Shown in pieces: positions 17,792 through 25,572 of a stretch of 32,000 bases of DNA. Position numbers and translations under genes: made by a program. Below the pieces are notes generated by a model. It worked only from the letters and a program-made list of their open reading frames with translations. It did not search any database and had not been told where the DNA came from. How positions within the stretch are numbered: position 1 is the stretch's first letter; every line of letters begins with the position of its first letter. The stretch comes from Candidatus Nanobsidianus stetteri (GTDB taxonomy: Archaea; Nanobdellota; Nanobdellia; Nanobdellales; Nanobdellaceae): assembly GCA_000387965.1 (NCBI GenBank), contig APJZ01000001.1, forward strand, positions 90,001-122,000, given 5' to 3'.

Positions 17792-19006
17792 ATGGTTACA
17801 GCGATTTTAGTTACAAATATAACATATGCAGACTATTTGGTAGCAAATGTAGTAGGACATATATATAAATTGCCAGTATATACAGTATATCAGGATCAGG
17901 GAAATATAAGTAGTACAGTACAAATGTTAGTAAATGATAATATAACAAATGTAATAATAATAGGAGGACCTGCAGTAATATCAAATTTATTATTACAAGA
18001 GCTAAATCAGTCAAATATTAGTTATTTATGGATATGGGGAACAACAAGATATGATACATCAGCATATGTAGCATTATATTTCTGGAATAGCTCTAGCGGT
18101 GCAGTATTAATTACAAGAGATTTGGTTAATGGACATGTAAGTCCTAATAAATTACAATTAGTTACTGAGGCTGTTCAATATGCTGAAGAAAATGATGAAC
18201 CAATATTAATTGTACCAAATGGAGTATTACCTGAAAGTACATTATATGCATTGGAAAAATTAAATGTAAGTAATGTGGTTATATTTACTGGAGGAAGCTC
18301 TTCCTTAGGAAATATAACAGACCAATTAAGTTCATTAAATATATCTTATGAAATATATAGCAATAATCAACCACCATTAAATTGCCAAAATTATTTATAC
18401 GTAAATATAACATCAAACACATCCTGGGAAGATATTAGAGAAATATTTACTGGAGAAATAAATGGAGTTTGTATAGTACCAATGGTAGTAAATAATAATG
18501 TAAATATAACACAAGAAAAAGATGAATTAAAGCAAGAAATTGAAAATGATTATGAAATGAATAGAAATGGAGAATTAAATTTAACCGAAATTGTAGAAAG
18601 ACATATTAATAGATTATTAGAACATCAACTTTTATTATTAGATAAGTTTGAAGTATTATGTAATTATACAAATAATTCATTACCAATATGTAATATATTA
18701 CCACAGTTAAATCAAACATTAACATTAACAATGCAAGAGGTTATGAATGGTAATATATCTGCACTATTAGATACACAATATCAATTAGAAAATTATAATT
18801 GGGAAGTAATAAGAGATATAGGAGAATATAATGAAGAAGAAATCATTGGAGAGCATATGAGACATTTTAGAAGAGAAATAGAAAATGAAGACCAAATTTC
18901 AATAGAAAATAATAATGAAACATTAAATATTAATGGACAAAGTTCTGTGACAATTAACAACGAATCAATTACAATAAATGGAAAGGGCTCGATGAATATA
19001 GTCTAA
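17792..19006 (+). CDS. Sequon-rich, Lys-poor protein with cell-wall-binding-repeat-2-like N-terminal repeats and a coiled-coil/Asn-rich C-terminus
   Basis: Repeats resemble the CWB2 pattern: YADYLVANVVGHIYKLPVY...VIIIGGPAVIS and RYDTSAYVALYF...AVLIT...EPILIV...VVIFTGGSSSLG. I count 19 N-x-S/T sequons in 404 aa and only 3 Lys in the first ~230 residues. No N-terminal signal or TM segment is present, and an in-frame TAA 27 nt upstream (17765-17767) blocks any extension. Confidence 0.5.
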   Translation: MVTAILVTNITYADYLVANVVGHIYKLPVYTVYQDQGNISSTVQMLVNDNITNVIIIGGPAVISNLLLQELNQSNISYLWIWGTTRYDTSAYVALYFWNSSSGAVLITRDLVNGHVSPNKLQLVTEAVQYAEENDEPILIVPNGVLPESTLYALEKLNVSNVVIFTGGSSSLGNITDQLSSLNISYEIYSNNQPPLNCQNYLYVNITSNTSWEDIREIFTGEINGVCIVPMVVNNNVNITQEKDELKQEIENDYEMNRNGELNLTEIVERHINRLLEHQLLLLDKFEVLCNYTNNSLPICNILPQLNQTLTLTMQEVMNGNISALLDTQYQLENYNWEVIRDIGEYNEEEIIGEHMRHFRREIENEDQISIENNNETLNINGQSSVTINNESITINGKGSMNIV

Positions 19007-19086
19007 TTTAGTAATTATTTTTTTAATAAATATTCCTTAAACAAGATTAATTAAAATATATATTATCAAAACATTATTAGATTATT

Positions 19087-20433
19087 ATGATAGAATGGTC
19101 TGAAATAAAAAATTATTACATGAACGAATATGTTACAAAAGAGATTATTGATTATTCAAAAAATAGATGGATTGCCTTAGAAACAAATAGATTAGATCAA
19201 AGAATATTTATAAGATATGATAAAGATAAAAAGCCATTAAAAATTGAAAATGAAGATGAATACAAATCTTTATTTACAAAATTTTCTTATTTAAAATTTA
19301 GAACAATTTATGCAACAATAAATTTATATAATCAAATTTCTGAGGACAAATTAAAAGATACAAATAATATAAAGTATGTAACACCAATTTTTGATATTGA
19401 TGGAACATTAGAAGATTTTGATATAATAAAAAATGTTGCGGAAATAATCGTTTCATATCTGGAAAAATATAAAATATATAAATCTGTATATTTAAAATGG
19501 AGTGGAAGGGGAATACATGTACATATTAATGAAAGAGCATTTTCAGAGAATATATTAAATAAATATCATCCATTAAATATTGCATTTGCAATTGTAGATT
19601 TTATATTAAAGAAAGCAAAAGATGATTTAGAAAAAGAGATATCAAAAGCTAAAGGAAAATCAAGAGAATTTAAAGTTGAAAATAAGATAGATATACAAAG
19701 AGTATTTACAGTACCTTTATCTTTTCATAGATTTTTGGATTATGTATGTGTAGTATTTAAACCAAATGATATTCAAAATTTTGATCTATCATGGGCAAAT
19801 TACAAGAATTTTAAACATAGTGAAAAATGGAGAGAATATGAACCTGGAGAGGGAGATTATTTAGCAGAAATATCTTTAAAGGAAACAAAAAACTATATTA
19901 TAAATTATTTAAATAAAAATACATTAAAACAGGAAAAAGTATCAATAAAAAGAGAAAATTTGGGAAATGTTGGAAGATTCCAGGTTATGGGATTATTACA
20001 AGCAGCAAGATATTATATATTATATAATGATATAAATAAAGCAAAGAGCTTTGGACTAAATAGAGCAATATTCTATGCATGGGCAAAATATTATAGACCA
20101 ATATATAAAAGGAGTAAAGAAAAAATATTTCATCCACATTTTAAAGAAGATAAAGAAATAGAATTAATAAAAGTTGGAAATGAAGAAGCACCATATAATA
20201 AAAATACAGGGTATTTCCATATTGGGGATAAAGATCAAACGCCAGAAGATTATGATAAAGAGATAAAAGATAAAATAAATAGTATAGTTGATTATAATAT
20301 TGCATGGAACTTTGCACTAGAATATATAAAGAAGTTTCCAAAGGAAGTTCTTTTAGATCAACAAGAATTTTATAAAAAGGTTTATGAACCGATTAGGGAT
20401 AAATTCTTTGAAGAACTATTAAAAAATAAATAA
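19087..20433 (+). CDS. priS: Archaeo-eukaryotic primase, single-chain form (PriS-type catalytic domain plus a helical C-terminal domain)
   Basis: AEP motif I is TPIFDIDGT, motif II is KWSGRGIHVHI and motif III is NKIDIQRVFTVPLSFH. The C-terminal ~190 aa are helical (GRFQVMGLLQAARYYILYND...). The whole protein has one Cys. Confidence 0.8.
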   Translation: MIEWSEIKNYYMNEYVTKEIIDYSKNRWIALETNRLDQRIFIRYDKDKKPLKIENEDEYKSLFTKFSYLKFRTIYATINLYNQISEDKLKDTNNIKYVTPIFDIDGTLEDFDIIKNVAEIIVSYLEKYKIYKSVYLKWSGRGIHVHINERAFSENILNKYHPLNIAFAIVDFILKKAKDDLEKEISKAKGKSREFKVENKIDIQRVFTVPLSFHRFLDYVCVVFKPNDIQNFDLSWANYKNFKHSEKWREYEPGEGDYLAEISLKETKNYIINYLNKNTLKQEKVSIKRENLGNVGRFQVMGLLQAARYYILYNDINKAKSFGLNRAIFYAWAKYYRPIYKRSKEKIFHPHFKEDKEIELIKVGNEEAPYNKNTGYFHIGDKDQTPEDYDKEIKDKINSIVDYNIAWNFALEYIKKFPKEVLLDQQEFYKKVYEPIRDKFFEELLKNK

Positions 20434-20434
20434 T

Positions 20435-21073
20435 TTATTTGCCCTTTTTGTAATATTCATATACTCTTCCTACAAGGTTTTCTCCTGGCTTTAATGTTAT
20501 ATTTACGTCTTTACCCCACTTTGCTGGACACACTTCACCTGGATGCTCTCTTACATACTTAAATGCTTTTATTTTTCTCAATAGTTCATCAGCATCTCTT
20601 CCTACATCTGTATTATTTACTTCCATTCCTACAACAGTTCCATCTGGATCAATTATTATTGTCGCTCTATATGCTACCCCAGATTTATAATCGTATATAT
20701 TGAACATCTTCGCTATTGTTCCTGTATGATCCTCACCCATTGGGAATTTAACATTTTCTAATAGTTTTTCTGTTGCGTGCCATGCTAAGTGTGTATATAC
20801 AGTATCGGTTGACATTGCTATAACTTCTGCCCCTTCTTTCTTTATTTGATCATATTTTTCTGCTAGATCTTCTAATTCTGTTGGACATACAAATGTAAAA
20901 TCTGCCGGATAATAAAATAATACTAAAAATTTCCCTTTACTTAATATATCTTTGTATATATTTACTTCTTTAAACCTTTTTTCTACTGTATCATATACTT
21001 TTATTACAAATTCTGGCACTTTATCCCCAACTCCCAATATTCTAAACTCTTCAAAATCTATATAGTCTTCCAT
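20435..21073 (-). CDS. Peroxiredoxin (AhpC/TSA family, 2-Cys type)
   Basis: The peroxidatic-Cys motif is FYYPADFTFVCPTE. The region around the resolving Cys reads GEVCPAKW. Confidence 0.92.
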   Translation of the reverse strand: MEDYIDFEEFRILGVGDKVPEFVIKVYDTVEKRFKEVNIYKDILSKGKFLVLFYYPADFTFVCPTELEDLAEKYDQIKKEGAEVIAMSTDTVYTHLAWHATEKLLENVKFPMGEDHTGTIAKMFNIYDYKSGVAYRATIIIDPDGTVVGMEVNNTDVGRDADELLRKIKAFKYVREHPGEVCPAKWGKDVNITLKPGENLVGRVYEYYKKGK

Positions 21074-21227
21074 CTAAATAATTTATTTAAAAATCCTTTA
21101 AGAGTTTTGTTCTAAAAAATTTTTCAAAAATATTTTACCAATTATTATGTAGAAGAATTATTAATATATTGCTTCTTATATGGTAGTAAGGGTATAAGAT
21201 AGATTTATAAATCTTTTTATAGAAAAA

Positions 21228-21614
21228 ATGTATATGGACCTAACAACATTCATGATCCTATTCGAAATATATACATTCATTTTAGTATTGATAATATTAT
21301 CAAAATTATTGGGAAGAAAATCATCAATATTTATAATTTTATTAATGATTTTACCATTGTTAATTATATTATTAGCATCATTATCGGGTTTATCAATAAT
21401 ACAATCCCTATTCTTATTTATTATAATATTATTGTTTATAATTGAAGCATTACTATATTATTTATTTGATTTATCTCTATCAATTGTGGCAATTATTATG
21501 TTAGCATCATTACTTATATCATCAATAGCATATTCATTAATAGTTAGCCCTATGTATGTATATTCAGCATCATCCCAACTATTACCTATTATAATACAGA
21601 GTCCTTTATATTAA
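21228..21614 (+). CDS. Small polytopic membrane protein (about 4 TM segments), hypothetical
   Basis: It is almost entirely hydrophobic (I/L/F/S) and ends 2 nt before the GT2 gene. The second ATG at 21234 is an equally plausible start. Confidence 0.5.
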   Translation: MYMDLTTFMILFEIYTFILVLIILSKLLGRKSSIFIILLMILPLLIILLASLSGLSIIQSLFLFIIILLFIIEALLYYLFDLSLSIVAIIMLASLLISSIAYSLIVSPMYVYSASSQLLPIIIQSPLY

Positions 21615-21616
21615 AG

Positions 21617-23170
21617 ATGGATCTATTATTTATTTCTGCTCTTTTATTATTAGTAGATATATTAATAATATCAATATTTGATCTAAGATATTTAATAAAC
21701 ATAGATAGAAAAATAAAAATTCCAAAATATAGAGATTTAAAAAATAAAGAAAATTTATTTGTAATATTTCCAGTAAAAAATGAAGAAGAAGATTTTTTAA
21801 TAAAAAAGATCGAATACTTGAAAAATATAAATAATGTATATAAAAATCTAACTATATATTTTTTATTTTTGGATGATACGGATTTAAATAAAGAAAATAA
21901 ATTGATAGAATATTTAGAAAAAAATTGCTCTAAAAAATATTATGATGAGAAATATTTAATATATGATTTAGATAAAGTAAAATATTATTTTAGATTAAAT
22001 GGCATAAAAAGAAAGGGTGCTGCTTTAGATGATATAATAGATTATTTAGAGAGAAAATATAATATAAAGTACTTTTCCGTATATGATTTTGAATGGACTG
22101 TTACAATAGAATATTTATATAAAGCTGTATGTATTCTAGAATCAAATAAAGATTTATCTTTTGTATATTGGAATAGAAGGACTGTTCCCGTAGATTATTT
22201 CCATAAAATTATTGGAATTTATGTAGATACATTTTTCGAATTTTATTTGCCAATGAAAAATATTTTAGATGATATATCTATGGTACACGGTTCTTGTGGA
22301 GTTTTGAGATTAGAAGATTATAAAAAAGCTGGAAAATTTACACCACATTTAACTGAAGATGCTTCATTAACAATTAGATTGTATTTAAATGGTTTTAAGG
22401 GATTGTATATAAAAGATTGGGTTGAATATGGACAAAATTTACCTCCAAACTTTAATATGACATTGAAGACATTAAGAAGATGGCAAACAGGTACTTTTGA
22501 TGTAATTATTTCAAACTTCTGGAAAATATTATTTAATAAAAATTTAAAATTTAAACAAAAAATAAGTTTCATTCATATGTTTTCAACATTATTTTTACCA
22601 TTAATTTCTTTTATATTAATATTAATTAGTATAATAATTATTCTATTCAATTTTTCATCACCCTTATGGTATTATATAGCTTCATTCTTTTATTTCTCAC
22701 AAATTTACATAATAACAATATTTATAACAGAATATTATATAGTTGAAAAAAGAATATATAATAAAGCAAGTATTTTGGACTCTTTTTTAACATTATTGAT
22801 TGGCTGGAGTATTTCTGCCTTAACAATATCTTATTATTTAAGAAGATTATTAATTGGTTTAGATAATAAATGGATAGTTACTGTTAAAACAATAAGAAAA
22901 TATAATTTTGATTATTATTCAATAACTGTATATATAATATTCCTATTAATAAACATATATTTCCTTTATTATGCATATTCATCTTGGTTACCATATATAA
23001 ATTCTTATAATATTTTACCATTTTTAATAAGTGTAACATTTGGAGATCTTTCCACTTATATTTGGATAAGTTCAATATTGTTTATATTCTACTTACAATA
23101 TAGAAGTTATAAAATGAGCAAGAAGAATGTAAAAAATTTATTATATTTGGGGATATTAAATAAAAAATAA
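21617..23170 (+). CDS. Membrane-embedded family-2 glycosyltransferase (processive synthase-like topology)
   Basis: An N-terminal TM segment is followed by the GT-A blocks VIFPVKNEEED, LFLDDTD, YDFEW, HGSCGVLR, LTEDASLTIRLYLNGFKG (TED motif) and LKTLRRWQTG (a QxxRW-like motif with Thr at the Gln position). About five C-terminal TM helices follow. Confidence 0.75.
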   Translation: MDLLFISALLLLVDILIISIFDLRYLINIDRKIKIPKYRDLKNKENLFVIFPVKNEEEDFLIKKIEYLKNINNVYKNLTIYFLFLDDTDLNKENKLIEYLEKNCSKKYYDEKYLIYDLDKVKYYFRLNGIKRKGAALDDIIDYLERKYNIKYFSVYDFEWTVTIEYLYKAVCILESNKDLSFVYWNRRTVPVDYFHKIIGIYVDTFFEFYLPMKNILDDISMVHGSCGVLRLEDYKKAGKFTPHLTEDASLTIRLYLNGFKGLYIKDWVEYGQNLPPNFNMTLKTLRRWQTGTFDVIISNFWKILFNKNLKFKQKISFIHMFSTLFLPLISFILILISIIIILFNFSSPLWYYIASFFYFSQIYIITIFITEYYIVEKRIYNKASILDSFLTLLIGWSISALTISYYLRRLLIGLDNKWIVTVKTIRKYNFDYYSITVYIIFLLINIYFLYYAYSSWLPYINSYNILPFLISVTFGDLSTYIWISSILFIFYLQYRSYKMSKKNVKNLLYLGILNKK

Positions 23171-23201
23171 AATTTATAAAAAAAAATAAAAAATTATTTA
23201 T

Positions 23202-24620
23202 ATGTTAGAAAAGGATATTTTAATTGTAAATTCAAAAAGCAATATTTCTATAGCAACATTGTGGGCAAAAAAGGATTTTATATTTAATTTATTACCTGAA
23301 AATGTCAAAAATAAAGTAAATATAATTGGAACATTATATACAGTCAATGGAATAAAATATCTAATTCAAACATTGGGAGAAAATCCACAGATAAATAAAA
23401 TAATTCTATATGGACCTGATCTAACACAATCTGGCCAGGCTTTGGTAGATATATTTAATAATAAAGATAAAGATACAGTAAAGAGATATAATATAAATTT
23501 AGATTATGATGAAATAAAGGAAATTTTAAATACTACAAATATAATAGATATGAGAAAAGATTTTTGGAATAAGAATATAAGTAAATTAGAAGAAATAATT
23601 GAAAATAATTATAAACCAAATATCATATTTAGAAGAAAGATAGATATTAAAATAGAGGAAGAGGTAAAAACCAATTATGGTTATATTATTCCATTACCTC
23701 CGGCATTTATATATGAAGAATCATTATTTAATGCATGGGTAAGAATATTAACAGAAATTAAAATGTTTGGAATTTTAAAAGGTTCTGAATATAATGAAAA
23801 ACAATTAGAGAGATTAAATATAGTTGTTAGTTTGGGATTATATGGAAGAAAATATCAATTAGAAAAGGAATTTGATGAATTTATTAAATTAGAAGAATTT
23901 GAAAAACATTTAAAAGGTTATTTCATTAATAAAAAACCTGAAGGTGTTGATTATACATATGGAGAAAGATTCCTTAATTATAATAATTTAAACCAATTAC
24001 AATATATTATAAATAAATTGTCAAATAATCCAGAAACTAGGAGAGCAATCATGATTACATGGAATCCAAATATAGATATGCATTCGAATGATCCACCATG
24101 TGTTATATCTATAGAGGGAATAATTCAGGGAAAATATCTAAACCTTACAGAATACATAAGGAGCAATGATATGTTTAGGGGATGGCCATTAAATATGTAT
24201 GCATTAATTAAAATTGGAGAATATATTGTTAATGAAATAAATAAAAGAACAAATGACGGATATGAATTGGGAATTGTTACAACAATTTCAGCATCAGCAC
24301 ATGTATATGAACATGATTTTCCATATATAGAAAAAGTATTAGAAAAATATGGATATAGAATAAGATCTTTTGTACCAGATCCAAAGGGTAATTTTATAAT
24401 ATATAATGAAGATAATAAAACATTTGTAGAACATAGAAGTTATGATAATACGATTTTAGATTTTAAATTCGGATCTGAAAATGCTAATGAAATATATAAT
24501 AAATTAAAGGGGCTACCATTTTTTACATCATATGATCATGCAATGTATGTTGGAAGAGAAATATATAAAGCAGATGAATTTAGAAAAACTGGCAAAAAAT
24601 ATGTACAAGATCAGGTATAA
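23202..24620 (+). CDS. thyA: Thymidylate synthase (ThyA type) with extra N-terminal (~165 aa) and C-terminal (~80 aa) domains
   Basis: ThyA core motifs are DYTYGERF, ETRRAIMITWNPN, DPPCVISIEG (catalytic Cys), IRSNDMFRGWPLNM and ASAHVYEHD. The flanking domains are discussed in the findings. Confidence 0.85.
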   Translation: MLEKDILIVNSKSNISIATLWAKKDFIFNLLPENVKNKVNIIGTLYTVNGIKYLIQTLGENPQINKIILYGPDLTQSGQALVDIFNNKDKDTVKRYNINLDYDEIKEILNTTNIIDMRKDFWNKNISKLEEIIENNYKPNIIFRRKIDIKIEEEVKTNYGYIIPLPPAFIYEESLFNAWVRILTEIKMFGILKGSEYNEKQLERLNIVVSLGLYGRKYQLEKEFDEFIKLEEFEKHLKGYFINKKPEGVDYTYGERFLNYNNLNQLQYIINKLSNNPETRRAIMITWNPNIDMHSNDPPCVISIEGIIQGKYLNLTEYIRSNDMFRGWPLNMYALIKIGEYIVNEINKRTNDGYELGIVTTISASAHVYEHDFPYIEKVLEKYGYRIRSFVPDPKGNFIIYNEDNKTFVEHRSYDNTILDFKFGSENANEIYNKLKGLPFFTSYDHAMYVGREIYKADEFRKTGKKYVQDQV

Positions 24621-24860
24621 CTATCGAATATCCAATTTTTTTATCCTTTTTAGAGCTCCTCTTAATATTAATTCTCTTTCAACATTATCTAATAATTCTT
24701 CATATGATAAATATTGAGAATAATATGATAAATTTGAAGGGATAATCTTTGATTTAATATCTTCATAATATCTTAAAAGTGTGTTTGTAGATAATGTGGC
24801 CAATTTTGTCCTTATTTCCTTTATCAATTTTTCATTTGTATTTTCGAATTTTGCTTCCAT
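24621..24860 (-). CDS. Hypothetical 79-aa helical protein
   Basis: It is an ATG ORF with native composition. Its stop codon abuts the thyA stop (TAA|CTA at 24618-24623). I recognise no family. Confidence 0.4.
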   Translation of the reverse strand: MEAKFENTNEKLIKEIRTKLATLSTNTLLRYYEDIKSKIIPSNLSYYSQYLSYEELLDNVERELILRGALKRIKKLDIR

Positions 24861-24907
24861 TTTAATAATTATACTTTAATAATTTATATAATTTTATTGG
24901 CAAAAAA

Positions 24908-25540
24908 TTATAAATAAATTCTTTCTTGATTATCAAAAATATTATCTATTGATGTTTTTCTTTTATATTTTTTTAATATATATCCATATAAAAATCCAAA
25001 TAACGTACCACCCAAATGTGCAGAAAATCCCAAAGGTATAAATGGATAAAATATTCCAATTAAATTAAATATAGCCCAAAATATTGCTGCATATATCATA
25101 TCTATTGGAATTATTATTGGAAATATTATTACTTTCTCTTTTGGTCTTAATATTCCCAATGCTCCCAGTATACCGGATATTGCAGCAGAAGATCCAATTC
25201 CGCTAACTAGAGGATTATTATAATATTGAATTAAAAAGAATATGTTTCCAACAATACCAGATAGGAAAAATAATATTAAAAGATCTCTACTTCCATATAA
25301 ATATTCAAATAATAAGCCAAGAAAAAATAATGCTAATCCATCAAAGAATAATTGACTTAAATCATAATCTCCAAAAATAGATGTTATAAACATCCATGGA
25401 TATTTTATAGCATAATGAGGATAAAAAGCTATTAAATTTAATATTGATGGATTCATTAATTCTATAATATATACTATAAAGAGTATAATTATTAACCATA
25501 TTGTTATTGGAAGACCAAGAAATTTGTAAACCTTATTCAT
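24908..25540 (-). CDS. Rhomboid-family intramembrane serine protease
   Basis: It has six hydrophobic segments. The catalytic Ser motif is GIGSSAAISGILGA and the catalytic His region is FSAHLGGTLFGFLYG. Confidence 0.85.
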   Translation of the reverse strand: MNKVYKFLGLPITIWLIIILFIVYIIELMNPSILNLIAFYPHYAIKYPWMFITSIFGDYDLSQLFFDGLALFFLGLLFEYLYGSRDLLILFFLSGIVGNIFFLIQYYNNPLVSGIGSSAAISGILGALGILRPKEKVIIFPIIIPIDMIYAAIFWAIFNLIGIFYPFIPLGFSAHLGGTLFGFLYGYILKKYKRKTSIDNIFDNQERIYL

Positions 25541-25572
25541 ATTAAAAATATATCGGAATATTTTATATATTA

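Noticed and set aside
17759-17800. The DHH gene and the sequon-rich ORF are in the same frame, separated by one TAA and 24 nt, suggesting stop-codon read-through or a fusion
   Set aside because: The two proteins have opposite compositional characters (cytoplasmic K-rich versus Lys-poor and sequon-rich). The DHH protein ends at a normal position after its GGGH motif. No recoding signal is visible. Same-frame adjacency has a one-in-three chance.
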